From the NCBI RefSeq assembly GCF_006345805.1, contig NC_043000.1:135036001-135100000 (forward strand): a DNA stretch of 64,000 nucleotides. Direction: 5' to 3'. Each line of letters starts with the position of its first letter. The stretch's first letter is position 1. Position numbers and translations under genes: made by a program. Positions 27,927 to 42,044 of the stretch are shown here, in pieces. A model generated the notes under the pieces. The model made no database searches and was not told where the DNA came from. It saw only the letters and a program-made list of their open reading frames with translations. The DNA comes from Octopus sinensis. Taxonomy: Eukaryota.

Positions 27927-28507
27927 GCATACACACATATCGGTATAATAAACTTGTGATTCATAGCACTTGACTGATCGGTTCAAGACATAATTACAAC
28001 GCACACTCTTCACACAATATAAAGCTGCATGTATAACTTCGAAAACATTTCCAAACAACTTTATTGTTTTTAATTCTGAATCATTTTCTATTCGGAAATT
28101 TCTCAATTTAATGAAGAGAACCCGGCTTAACCTAGCAACATTTCAATGGAGCCCTGCCCCTTGAAACACTGAAGATTCAAGTTGCAGATGGAAAACGATG
28201 CGTACATCCGCTAATTTTATGTATGTATATAGCGCCTTCTCGACAGGCTATTGGTCTCACATCGGCAGAACATTGATAGTTTAAAACTCTGCCATGAAAG
28301 CATAAGTAACCAATGCATTAATTTACACATTGACTAGTTTGCACATTGGCTATACCAATACACACATTCACAAACATGTGTGTGTAAACTTGTGTATACT
28401 TATTTATACGTAAGTGGGTACTTGTCTTTCGAACAGCCTGCTGACGATGACTTCGCTGGTCGAAACTTCGAAGTGACTATCAGTGATATTCTTGCTTAAG
28501 AATTATG

Positions 28508-28552
<45 letters not shown>

Positions 28553-30712
28553 GTTCGTGTGTGAGTGTGTATGTATCTGTGTGTGTACACATGTCCAAAC
28601 ATAAAATCTCAAACACACACACATATATGTATACGTGTGTGTGTGTGCGTGTGTGTATGTGTTTGAGTTCGTATGTTTGTGCATGTGTGCATATATGTAT
28701 GTGTGCATATATGTATGTAAGTATGTATGTATGTATGTATGCATGAATGTATGTATGTATGTATACATGTATGTATATGCTGTATGACTAAATGTATATA
28801 AATATGTATATCTATATGTGTATGGATGCCTATATGTCTTGATGAATGTACGTGTTTCGTCATCACTGAAGATTTATTCAAGATATTGGGTTAATATAAT
28901 TACTCTCTGTCATCTCCAAAAGTTTTCGCCCGTTATTTACTAGTATCATATAAAACATGTATTTGTATTTTTCTCAACTTTATCGTGGTGCTGTAAAAAA
29001 ATGACGTAGATATTAAGTAATGCTATCCAAAGATAATATCTTTACCACAACGCCGTATCGTTGTCTGTTCTGTGTCAGTCTGTCTTACTTTCTCGCTTTC
29101 TTTACACGTATACATGTGTGATTCTATCAGTACGTTCATGCGTGCGTGTCTGTGTGTGTGCGTGTGTGAGTCTGCGTAGATTTTTTTGTGTTGCTAACTG
29201 TATATATCTAAGTATTCCATACATACATACATGCATACATCCATATATACATGCATACAAACATACACACATGCATACATATATACATACATACATTTAG
29301 TTATTTACTTTGATTTATATTGAACATTATGCAAATATACAAACGTCTATGCTCACATGCAAGAATATAGCATATATGTGTGTATGTGTGTAAATGTGTG
29401 TGTGTAAGTGTATAAAAAAAGCATGTGGTGGTTGTTTATAAATGAGCAGTTTTTGATTTAAACTTTTGAGCTGACAAGAGATCATCTACAAAAATTTAAG
29501 ACTCATAGCTTAGTAGCGCGTACCATGCTTTCGCTAATTATTTCAGGTGCCTACGGAGCCATGAGCAAAAATAGGCAACCTCACGACTTTCCCATCCCCT
29601 TTGAGCCAGCGGCTCACCCAGGATATACCAGCGGAAAGGATAAAGATGTGCAGGAACGCTTGGCAGGTATTCTTTTCAGCTAAGAAGACTGAAGCAACGT
29701 GTAATGAAGTGCATTGCTCAATAATACAACGCCGCTTGTTCTAGGAATTGAAGACATGACGTTATGATTATGAGTCGAACATCCTATCCACCAGACTATG
29801 CACCTTCACCCTACAAATGTAAGCTCTATGCAATGCACTGAGTTGTCTTTTCTTCCTTTATATTTCAAACACCTAAATATGTGTTTACATGTATATATAC
29901 ATATATACACATGTTTGCTTGACTATGTGTTTGTGTGTATATATATATATATATATAACATAAATAATATGTATATACATGCATATATACATATATATGT
30001 TTATGGGTACACGACGTCATAAAACGTAATCAACATGAAATACCAAATACGAAAACATGGAATACGAACTTTTTGCGAACAACGAAAGAAACATATGGAA
30101 AACAAGACAAGTAACATAAAGAATGACCTTTCATAAGTTGTCGGCTGTTTATCTATTCTACATTTCTTACAATTACGACAGGATGTGTCTTCGAGAAAAC
30201 AGTTGCTCCCGCAAAGCAAAATAAGATTTGGGACTTCTTGAGGAGGGTCAAAGTTGGTAACAAAAACAGGACAGTGAAAACAAACAATAAAGGCTGCTAA
30301 GCCATAACGAGGTGAATTGGAGGAACAAGCTTTGACCGGAGAAAAGATAGGAGAGGAGACAGACAAAAATGCGTGTGATCTGTGAGGCAGATTAAAAGGA
30401 AAGAAAGCAGCTCAAGTCAAGAAAAGAAAGATGGCCGATGGCCACGTGTGAGCAACGAGAGAGTAAAGGAGGAAGAGTGAGAAAGAGAGAGGGACAGGTA
30501 GAGAACAGTGACGGGGAGAGAAAAAGAATTAGAGAAAGGATGAGAGAGGAAAAACGAAAGAGGGAGAAGGGGCGATAAAAAGAGTTAGAGAAAGTAAGAG
30601 AGGGGAATCGAGGGGGGGAGAGAACAGTAAAGAAAGTCGCATCAAAATTATTAAGATAAACTTACATGGAAATGGATGCGTGGCGTTCAGTCATATAATA
30701 ATATAACACACA

Positions 30713-30809
<97 letters not shown>

Positions 30810-31254
30810 TACTTACATATATGTGTATATACATATGCATATATGGGTACAGGACATCATAAAACGTAAACAACAGGAAATACGAAAACATGGAATACGA
30901 ATTGTTTTGCACGAATGAGTCCTTGTACGTATTTATGTATGTATTGTGGAAGGATTCCGACCACCCCCGTGTGACTAAAAGTGGACTGAGACATGTTAAA
31001 TAGACAACTGTCGGGTCGCCAGCAGTTCGGGTTGATAAGCAGTTCGCTGTGAGCTGTGCTATAGAGTTTTGAGTCGTGTAATTAGTTTCTTACACCTTGC
31101 TTATCTTATATATCCAACATACAAGGATATGAAAGTGTGTATATATATAAGTAGGTAAGTAAGTAGGTAGGTAGGTAGGTAGGTAGGTAGGTAGGTAGGT
31201 AGGTAGGTAGGTAGGTAGGTAGGTAGGTAGGTAGATGGGTCATAACCCCAAGTT

Positions 31255-31570
31255 ATATATGCTCGGCTCCAGACTCCCTAAACTAATTTTCTATGGTGAG
31301 CTAACAGTTGGCTCTCCGCCACGTTGTGGATCAAAGAACAGATACAAAAACACCTTCAAAACAACCTTGAAAAAGTTTAAGTTAGGACCATCTACTTAGG
31401 AACATCTAAGTATTTCAGAGTATACGTAGTGCCGTATAATTTGGAGTACAATATTCAGAATCAGAAATGATCAGAAAAAAAAGTAAAGAATGGAGGTCTG
31501 TACAGAAAGCAAGAGTCCCACCGGGTTCTGGCTGATATTACGTGTCCACACTGTATTTTATGCTTATATT
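31255..31570 (+). mobile_element. RTE-clade LINE 3' fragment
   Basis: RLPKLIFYGELTVGSPPRCGSKNRYKNTFKTTLKKF matches the RTE consensus RLPK.LFYGEL..G.R..G....RYKD.LK..LK. Confidence 0.8.
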
Positions 31571-32256
31571 GACCTAATAAGCTACCTCATAATCTTCAAA
31601 GAATAAAAGCTGCTGATATGGTCTTCATCAGAGATATGAACGACAAACGTTATGCATGTATATTATGACCCCAAATTATTATGAAGTTATATGAACATCT
31701 ACTGAGCACTTTGGCGAAAATATATAATTTAAGGCAAGTTTGTGTACCCTGTAGAGTATTATGTATATTAAAGCAAATATGTGGCGTATCAATTCGTGTT
31801 ACATGCTTTGCAGTAACTTTTCCGCGGAAGGTAGCTTCATTTATTAGCATACAAAATATTTAGTGGTTTGGTTTTCATCACATTCGTCTCCTCTGGACAT
31901 TTTTATGTCTAACAACACATGACTAATATATTTATGCTAGATAGAGATAGATTCTATAATTTTACACCACCTGGTGAAGGATAAGGTCCGCTACATCGAA
32001 GCCTGTGTAATGAGAGACGTCCTTCAAGATAAGATCATGCACTTTTCCTTTATGTCGCATATCAAGATTTTTATATTTCCGTTAATTCTTTTTACTGCAT
32101 TAAGTCATAGCCCCAAATTATTCATAATTTATATGAGGATTTGTTGAGCACTTTGATAAAAAAAAACTTTACTGTGATTAACTGTAATGTCGACGGTAGA
32201 GCGCTACTATATCATGATACCCAGTATAGATAGACATATATACCGATCGCTCGATC

Positions 32257-32331
<75 letters not shown>

Positions 32332-32667
32332 CACTTCCTCTATATTGACCAGACTATCAGATATTGCTACACATCGCTGGTCACAATGCACTTTTCGAAT
32401 TGTTGAGGCTTTCGAATGATGCCACCATGCTGGATGCATGGAGGACATGTTAACATTCACCCTGAACTAAACACTAGTCTTTCGCAATATTACTCATTTA
32501 CAGCTGAGTACACTCAATCAACGTGAAACGAAGAGTTATGTCCAAGAACACATGCACTTGGGAATCGAAAGTACGATCTTACAATCATGAGTGCAACAGC
32601 CAAACCACAAGGCCACACACTTTCACTATAAATACATGTAGATAGATAGACAGACAGATAAATAGAC

Positions 32668-32732
<65 letters not shown>

Positions 32733-33550
32733 CTCACAGTTATCTGTGTGAGCGTGTGTATATGTATGTATGTATGTATGTATATATGAAGAAAGAGAAA
32801 TGTACGTATATATATACGTTTGTGTGTGTGTGTGTTATGTCCGCGCTTGTGTATATACGTATTTGTATCTCAGTTGTTTGCTGTGCTTCTGTGTGTAAAT
32901 AGGCTTTTAGCACCATATGCCTGGATAATTATTATCGCGGTTGGGTTTCTTGCGCAGTATTGAAAGATCACAGAATCCATAGAGTGAGCTCCTATGAATA
33001 GTTTATAGACTGTAGCAATATTCCCTCTAATTTTGAGTAACCAGTATATGCAAATATTTCATATTGTGCAAATCTTTTCTTTTTTCAGCCACAAACGCAT
33101 ATTATACTGAATGTATTACCAAATATAATTATTGCTAAATTATTTTAGGTCCGAGACCAAATAATGGTTTTTAAATATTTTTTTAGGAATGATTACATCA
33201 GCGAAAAAATGGCGACACTTTAAGTGATTGATCGGACACGTTAAATAATGTTGTTGCAGTTACGGTAGTCTGAATAAAAGAGAGGATGGTATTGGTTAGA
33301 AAGCTTTTGATCACAGACCGGGACTAGCGTTGCTATAGACGGCGGCAACATATTGTCACAGACGTTTACAATGTTTTTAAGAGTTTATTAGCCGTTTCTT
33401 TTAAAAACACCGAAAATTTTAGGAATCTTTAAAAACGTTTTTTATGGTAAACACGCGCACGAGCATATGTATTCTTTTATTCTTTTACATTTTCAGTTAG
33501 TTGGAGTAATAAGTGTGTGTGCGTGCGTGTATGTCTGTGTGTGCGCGCGC

Positions 33551-33583
<33 letters not shown>

Positions 33584-33904
33584 CATACATACATACATGC
33601 ATACATACATACATACATACATACATACATACATACATACATACATACATACATACATACATACATACATACATGCATATATACATACATACTTACATAA
33701 ATAAATGAACAAGAACGCCGCAACAGATGACAATAAAACATCTGGATGGGAAAAAACAAGGACAGGTCATTTGCAGCCTTCAATTATCAGTCAAGTTTCC
33801 AGATCATCCTTACAGTTTCGGCAGATTACACTTGAGACTATTCAAATCTGGTTGGCTCCAAAAATCTAAGCTAAGAGACGTGTGTGTGTATATATATATA
33901 TAAA

Positions 33905-34435
33905 CAGCTGGGCGAAGTATTTGCATCTTCTAGAATGTGGTTCAAACCAAAGAAATCTCAGAACCGCTCACTGCGGAAAGGGAAATTAGCGGAAAGAGTC
34001 GTGTGGACTACTGCTTTCAACCGTTGTCATCCCACAGTGTCAACTTAATAGCGGAACTTGAGAGTGTTTAGCGCTGCTACACCAGGAAGATCGCATCAGT
34101 GAAACAGCTGACCTTTTGGGAGAGATAGAAAGTGCTATGACTATACTCACTGGGGAGAAGACTGGAGATAAAAGTAGAGATATACGTATGGAAGATCCTG
34201 GAAAGATTGGCACCAAATTTTGGCATAGAGAGCTATACCAGCTCCGAACTAGACGTCACTGCACTGTTCTAAAGCCCCACCCCCGCCGCTTAGATTGAGG
34301 GCCATGTACTGCAATAGCTAAGGGGTCAAGGACCCACGGCCATTTAATACCTTGCCAAAGCATTTGGGGATGTACGTGGAGCAGTGTTTTCAAGAAACAA
34401 CTTGACCTCTTGTTGTCTAAGGTCCCAATGGTCCT
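33905..34435 (+). mobile_element. CR1-like LINE 3' fragment, same family as 4190-7200
   Basis: SRVDYC..IAELESV*RCYTRKI..LYSLGRRLE..YVWKILE.L.PNFGI..YCNS*GVK.P..FNTLP. Confidence 0.8.
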
Positions 34436-34627
34436 AGATCATAGTAAGAAACTCAAAGAGAGTAGCAATGTCGACCTCCCTCCATTAAAAGCCAACCGCA
34501 TGTGAATGACTCCATTGAAAAATAGATAATACTGGCAATGTTCCAGCATTGCCACAACGTTTGGGCTGAAGCGCATAAAAGAATAAAAGAATGAAAGAAT
34601 ACATACACACACACACACACGCGCGCG

Positions 34628-34695
<68 letters not shown>

Positions 34696-34707
34696 TACGT
34701 ACGTTGC

Positions 34708-34740
<33 letters not shown>

Positions 34741-36001
34741 AAAAAAATACAAACTGGGACATGAACGCAAAACATTTAGAAGATGATACAAAAAGCACGG
34801 ACGGGACATTCGAAGCCTTCAATCTTCAGTCAAGAACCGGATCATCCTCGCAGTTTCGGCTGATTAATCTTGAGATTGCTCCAATCTGGCCAGCCCCAAG
34901 GAAAAACTAAGCTAAGCTAAGCGCACTAGATTCCAACACAACATTCTATAGTTACCGCATATACATTAACATAGGAATCGCCGTTCTCTCTCTAAAGAGA
35001 AAACACAGAAGTGTATTAAGAGTTTCTTTCTTTTGAAATAATTGCCTTCATCGTATTGAAAGAACGAATAATTGAATTGGACGATATATATGTAGGTTAA
35101 GCTAGAATGACTTCTTATAGACATAACAGGCGTCATTTTGCTTTCTCTTTAATTCCCTAATTATTTTGAAAGTAATTGACTATGAATCAACTTATTTTGT
35201 CAATTATAACAAGAGGAATCATTAAAATATTCTAATTAAGAATCGTTCAAAAACTCTGAATTGTTACTGTGAAGAAATATATTTTCTTATGTTTATGGTG
35301 TAGTTGGTGTGTGTAGACACCATATACCTTCTAATAGAAATATTTAAATATACGTAACAAACTCACATACCCCAGTGTCAAGAAGGCATTGGGTATGTAA
35401 GAAATCAACATGAAGATTTCAAGTCATAACTTATGGATTTCTATCCTGTAACAAGTTCTGCGTTGTGTCCTTAAGCAAGGCTCTGACTCTAATTGTTCTC
35501 ATCTGTTTGTTACAGTCTATTTGTTCCAATCTATTTGCTCTTGTTTATAAAAAATGAAAAATATGAGATTATAAGTTTGACTGGGTGACTATTAAACTGA
35601 CTGCATAATTGTTAATTGGCAAGTAATTATTAACTGCATTTGTAGGGTATCCACCTACAGGTCATTACTCTGACTCTGTAACAATAAAAATATTTACACA
35701 AAGACATAGAGGTACACCAGTTGGTACTCCAAAACATTTGCAATAGTGTTGTCCACATAACTGTAAATAAAGATCACGCTTAAAATGTACTGGCTGAGCT
35801 CAGGTTTACTGATGCAGCCAAAATACTGTCTCAATATACGCTTCTTTGAATAACCATACAGAAACGAAGGATTGCGTTATGCTCCCAAAAACCTAATATT
35901 TTACGTAATATTACTACAAACAGCTAGACTGACTTCAGATTTATGCCAAATCCAAGAAATAATTCTTAATTTTTTTCGATTTTAAACAGAATAAAATATA
36001 C

Positions 36002-36981
36002 TTTTCACTTTAGGCACAAGGTACGAAATTTTGGGGGAGGTGCCAGTCGATTAGCTCGACCCCAGTACGCAACTGGTACTCAATTTATCGACCCCTAAAG
36101 GATGAAAGATAAAGTCGACCTCGGTGGAATTTGAACTCAGAATGTAAAGACAGACGAAATACCTATTTCGTTACTAGCCACAAGGGGCTAAACACAGAGA
36201 GGACAAACAAGGACAGACAAACGGATTAAGTCGATTACATAGACCCCAGTGCGTAACTGGTACTTATTTAATCGACCCCGAAAGGATGAAAGGCAAAGTC
36301 GACCTCGGCGGAATTTGAACTTAGAACGTAACGCCAGACGAAATACTGCTATGCATTTCGTCCGGCGTGCTAACGCTTCTTATTTCTTTATTGCTCACAA
36401 GGGGTTAAACATAGAGGGGACAAACAAAGACAGACAAAGGGATTGTGTCGATTAAATCGACCCCAGTGCGTAACTGGTACTTATTTAATCGACCCCGAAA
36501 GGATGAAAGGCAAAGTTGAGCTCGGCGGATTTTGAACTCCGAACGTAGCGGCAGACGAAATACCTATTTCTTTACTACCCACAAGGGTCTAAACACAGAG
36601 AGGACAAACAAACATACACAATCGGATTAAGTCGATTATATCGACCCCAGTGCGTAACTGGTACTTATTTAATCGACCCCGAAAAGGTGAAAGGCAAAGT
36701 CGACCTCGGCGGAATTTGGACTCAGAACGTAGCGGCGGACGAAATGCCTATTTCTTTACTACCCACAAGGTGCTAAACACAGAGGGGACAAACAAGGACA
36801 GACAAACGGATTAAGTCGATTACATCGACCCCAATGCGTAACTGGTACTTAATTTATCGACCCCGAAAGGATGAAAGGCAAAGTCGACCTCGGCGGAATT
36901 TGAACTCAGAACGTAGCGGCAGACGAAATACTGCTAAGCATTTCGCCCGGCGTGCTAACGTTTCTGTCAGCTCGCCGCCTT
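36002..36981 (-). mobile_element. Head-to-tail array of five family-1 SINE units with only one complete head
   Basis: Junctions at 36162/3, 36379/80, 36563/4 and 36747/8. Two units are exactly 184 bp. Three junctions read ..GAAATAG|G(T/C)ATTTCGTC on the minus strand. Confidence 0.95.
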
Positions 36982-37789
36982 AAACAGAATTAAATATTTT
37001 ATATACAAAATGAATATATTTTTAATGCACATTATTATGATATACGCGTTTCAAATCTTATTAAATATATTGCAGCAATATCTTATGATGGCCAATTTTA
37101 GAAGTACCTTTGTACCTATTAGTTTCTTTGAATATGTTAGGAACTTTGCCGAACACTTAGTTTTTGGATTTGCTTCTAATGGTTTCCGGGCAATTATATC
37201 TGATGGGCCAAACATGTTTCTTTCTTTCTTTTTAGCTCGAGCTATGTCATCGCCAGTTCTTATAGTAAGAAATTGCTTATTTGTATTTTCTTTCTTTTTT
37301 CTATTGAAATTTGACAAATGTTTTGCGAAGTAGACCAATAGCAGTTTTGTAATACGATAAAACTAACAGCTGCAATAATCAGAATTATTTCTTTTAATGA
37401 TATGAATGGATTCTCATTGAGAAACAAAGCTTCTAACTTAGAATCAAATGAACGCATGGACTGATGACGCTAATTAAATACCCAACTGAAAAGGAAAATT
37501 AATGGACATTTCAATAAAAGTGCATCGAAACTGAACTGCTGATTCGATCCAAAGGAGCTTAGCTTAAAAATGCGGCATTCGTCCAAAACACTTATGATTA
37601 ATATTTCAATTCTAGTCCCCGTCTCTACCCACATCACTTCAACCAATACCGGGACTACTAACACAATTCTAACTTCAATAAAAATAAAGAGCTCGCAGGA
37701 CTACCTTGGCTGAGAAATAACCTTTCGTCAAAAGTGACCCCGCTATGATCGCTCCATCTTATTAGGTATATCTAGGGCTGAATTAAATC

Positions 37790-38124
37790 ATTCATCGAAA
37801 GGATGAAAGGCAAAGTCGACCTCGGCTGAATTTGAACACGGAACGTAAAGACGGACAAAATAACGCTAAGGGTTTTCCCTGTCATGCTAACGATTTTGCC
37901 AGCTCGCCGCTTTAATAATAATGATTTTAAATTTTTGCCACAGGAGCAGCTTGGGGGAGGGGATTAGGTCGATTACATCGACTCCAGTGTGTAACTGGTA
38001 CTTATTTAATCGACCCCGAAAGGATGTAAAGCAAAGTCGACCTCGGCAGAATTTGAACTCAGAAACTAGCATTTTGCCCGGCGTGCTAACGATTCTGCCA
38101 GCTCATCGCCTTGACGCCGCCTTA
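37790..38124 (-). mobile_element. Two further family-1 SINE copies (about 37790-37912 and 37925-38124)
   Basis: ggatgaaaggcaaagtcgacctcggc..gaatttgaac core occurs twice. Confidence 0.85.
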
Positions 38125-38145
38125 ATAAAAATAAACCAATTTCGT

Positions 38146-38442
38146 GGAGGCACATGGCCCAGTGGTTAGAGCAGCGGTTTCGCAGTCGAGAGATCGCGGG
38201 TTCAAATCTCAGAACGAGCCATGTGTGATCATGAGTGAAACACCTAAGCTCCACGCGGCTCCGGCAGAAGATAATGGCCAACTTCTGCTGACTCTTCGCC
38301 ACAACTTTCACTCTTTCCTCTTGTATCTAGCAGCTCACCTGAGACGGACCGGCGTCCCGTCCAGGTGGGGAACCTATACGCCATGAAACCGGGAAACATC
38401 CCCTATGAGCCAGGCATAGCTCGAGAAGGAATAAACAACAAC
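38146..38442 (+). mobile_element. tRNA-Arg-derived SINE, family 2, variant with a distinct 3' module ending in (AAC)n
   Basis: Head ggaggcacatggcccagtggttagagcagcggtttcgcagtc..ggttcaaatc (TCG at the anticodon position). Tail gccatgaaaccgggaaac..gctcgagaaggaataaacaacaac. Confidence 0.85.
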
Positions 38443-39151
38443 ATGATATTATCTCTCGTTATCACTGCAAGGAATCGATCTCACAGCCTTATGACCATGA
38501 GCCGAATACCCTAACCGCTAAGCCATGCGCCTTCATTCAATAGGATTAAACTCAGAGTATACCGCGAAATTGCTGTCTGAAATATTACTAATGAATATGG
38601 AGTAAACTTCATCATCGTTTTTGGAGGCAGAGATAGGAAGCACATCACGCTGCTTTACTTAACGTTATCTCCTGGCTCATGTGTATCGTTAGCAGAGTTC
38701 GCATTATTGGATCAGGTTTTTGGCAGCCAGTTATCGTGACCTCTCGGCGCACCAACACTTTAGCACATCTATAAGTGTCAAAAGATAAAATAAAGATAAC
38801 ACGCCCTCCTCTTCTTTAACATTCTTAGACTTTCATTCACACAACGTCTTATTAAAATAAGCAATAATTCTATGGAGAAGGCCTCCACATGTGCTGGCTG
38901 CTGTGCATCCAAATCAACACAGCTCACACCCGGTGAATTTCTTACAAAGCTCCTCCTTTTCACCCCACCAGCCTCAACGCTATGCACACATACACGCCAC
39001 GTGCCAAAGGACCTTTTGACGTTTCAGGGCCAACAATTTTATTGTCCCTGACAATGTTTCTTTCATCATTCTAAAAAAAAATGCGCCCCTGAATTAGACC
39101 CTAACCTCTCCAAACTCTTCTCTCTCCCTCTCCCTCTCTATCTCTCCCTCC

Positions 39152-39204
<53 letters not shown>

Positions 39205-40478
39205 ATACGTCTATTCTGGCAATCGCAGGTCACACTCTTTTTGCCTCTCGTTATCCACATAGCATTCCTCGAACCCCAATACCTGCAGTAAATGCTGGCC
39301 CCAGTCTCTTATTTCCAGAACATGATCTTTCTTTTGAATTTCCTCTCAAAATACTTTTTTCTTGCAGTCGTCCACTTGCAAGTGTTAAAACCAAGCGTTA
39401 ACTGTGTTGACCTCATCGATCTTCGTAAAGCCTACAAAGACAAAGAGCACAGCCCCTTCTTTCAAACCCCACTAATGAATAAATAAGAACAACTGCAAAA
39501 AAAAAAAAGTTATGTACTTTTTACAGTATATAGATCGCCTTACCATTCTAGCAACTGGCGCCTGCATCGAGATTCTAGTCTTCATATTGGAGTAATTGGG
39601 CGGGGAGAAATTAATTAAATAATCATATTTGGGACCTGAATTAATGGCAAACTATTCTGAGGACATTTCTTTGTTTCTTCTTTAAGTGAATTTCATGCTG
39701 TGTTTGTGTGTGTGAATGAGATTGTCTATGTACGTTTATATATATAAATACATATACATATGTATGCGTGTGAATGTGTGCGTGGGTGTGTATGTGTGCA
39801 TGATTTGTATAATATATATATGAGTGTAATGGCTGTGTGTTTATGTTTTAATATGTATGTATGTTTGTGTATGTTCATTTACATGTGTATATGTCAAGGT
39901 TTGATTATTTGTGTAAGTGCGTGAACTGTGAGTGTGTAAGCGCACGTGTGTGTGTAAGAGTGTGCGCGTGTGCCTTTAGTCGCTCGATTTGACAAAGTAA
40001 ATTACAAAATGTGTGCTTGTTGATTTTATATATATATATAAATATATATGTATTTCACTTTTTTTCTCTCTCTCGTTTGCTAACATCTTTCAGAACTCTA
40101 ATTAATCAGTATATTCTCTCGCAACCTTCAAGAGTTGTTCATATGTTGTGTGCATTCAACTACGTAATCTACGCAAAACCATGATAAGGAATTAATATAC
40201 AAGTTAAGGATTAATATTCCTTAATCTCACGCACTGGTGCGAAAAATAGAACTGCTTGGCCTATCGTTATCAAACTTATATATAAATGAGTGATCAGCCC
40301 TATTCAGAGTTCTTCTGACACTCTGCTACCCATTTCCATCAGCCAAAAAGTATACGTCTACGTGGTGTTTCAGCCTACCGTATATAGCAATCAAACCTCT
40401 TTAGAATCTTAGATTCCCACACCACCATCTTTAAAAATAATGGAAGGGACAGTGAGGATATTGTGGTCTGAAATAAAC

Positions 40479-40709
40479 GGCGGCGAGCTGGCAGAAACGT
40501 TAGCACGCCGGGCGAAATGCTTAGCGGTATTTCGTCTGCGTTACGTTGTGAGTTCAAATTCCGCCGAGGTCGACTTTGCCTTTCATCCTTTCGAGGTCGA
40601 TAAAATAAGTACCAGTTACGCACTGTGGTCGATTTAATCGACTTAATACCTATGTCTGTCCTTGTTTGTCCCCTCTGTGTTTAGCCCCTTGTGGGTAATA
40701 AAGAAATAG
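40479..40709 (+). mobile_element. Full-length family-1 SINE
   Basis: Complete head, body and tail ending gtaataaagaaatag, followed by gtattt. Confidence 0.92.
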
Positions 40710-40899
40710 GTATTTGAAAGGAACAGTTATTGTTTGAATATTTTGGATCATAGGATTAACCTGGGATTACAGAACAGCATCAAAAACAGACAATTTTATG
40801 CGCTTACGTGGACGCTTGACTCACCAGAAATATCAACCAAACCCCTTCAAATGACAACCTTCCGTCATGAAGTAAAACGGACTATATAATGTCTCTGAT

Positions 40900-41381
40900 A
40901 TTCAAAAGAATCGAGATAAGCTGAAATTCGTTTGAAACTCCGACATCTGGCAGCTGACTTGGCAGACACCCATAAAATTATTAACCATCTTACCAACTAT
41001 ATCTCTGAGCACCTTTTCAAGCTCCACCTGTCTAACACCCGTGGACATGTTTACAAAGTCAGAAAACAACACAGCTCCCATGACTTTCAGAAACAGTTTT
41101 TCACATTAAGAGTTGCTGAAGCATGGAACAAACTGCTGGCATTAGTTGTTAGTTGTCGGAGCACTGCATCCTTCAAAACTTCCATGCTTCCTGAGATTCG
41201 CCAACACTACACCTGATTTTCTCCCCGCCATACACACGCAAGCATGTATCTGACTCATACACTGTTCACCTTCCAGACATTTGTACATTACTGCATATGC
41301 TTTATATGCACTTTTGACAAGTTGTGGTGCACCAGAGCACTGTATACAATAATTTCATTATTATTATTATTATTATTATTA

Positions 41382-41420
<39 letters not shown>

Positions 41421-41440
41421 TACTACTATTACTATAGGTC
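40900..41440 (+). mobile_element. CR1-clade LINE 3' end with (TTA)n/(CTA)n tail
   Basis: ORF 40932-41216: LRHLAADL..THKII..TRGHVYKV..FFTLRVAEAWNKL..VV..S.ASFK, the classic CR1 ORF2 C-terminus, then 3' UTR and microsatellite tail. Confidence 0.9.
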
Positions 41441-41834
41441 TGTTCAATAAGGGCTGAACTAGTACTATTGAAATAACGATGATCAACTGAATAATTTGGT
41501 ATTGTAAATTATATTTAGGTCAGGATATTAATGAAACGTTCTATCATCATGATACGATACAGCGCGGGTAAAGTGATAGTAACTATTGAATTTACGGGTC
41601 AAACAGCTGATTTGGTGGAGTGGACTAACTCTATCGTTCAACACAGAAACAGCAACCAACTTTATCTAAAGGTTACTCTAATGTCATAAAACTGAAGGAC
41701 ACAGTATAATGTGGTTCTAGCTCATAAATATCAGATAAAAAGCGAGCTAGTAACGGCTAGAATCTTTGATTTCATAAGTCTATTTGGATAACTGTGAACC
41801 AGGGATTAAACAGGGATAACTGCTAACCAAAGTA

Positions 41835-42044
41835 GAGACGTAATGGCCCAGTGGTTAGGGCAGCGGATTCGCGGTCGGAGGATCACGGCTTCGATTCCCA
41901 GACCGGGCGTTGTGTGTATTTATTGAGCGAAAACACCTAAAGTTCCACGAGGCTCCGGCAGGGGGGGGCCACCCCTGTTGTACTCTTTCGCCCCAACTTT
42001 CTCTCACTCTCTCTTCCTGTTTCTTGAGTAACCCTGCGATAGAC
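41835..42044 (+). mobile_element. Family-2 (tRNA-Arg) SINE, 3'-truncated
   Basis: Head matches 44334; ends at ..gagtaaccctgcgatagac. Confidence 0.88.

Noticed and set aside
28441-28480. Hammerhead-like CTGACGA-TGAC..GTC-GAAAC-TTCGAAG-TG
   Set aside because: The cleavage-site base is G and no stem I pairing is found; at best a dead remnant.
36163-36981. Regularly spaced repeats superficially like a CRISPR array or tRNA cluster
   Set aside because: Units are 184-234-bp SINE bodies with no unique spacers, no cas genes and no complete cloverleaf.
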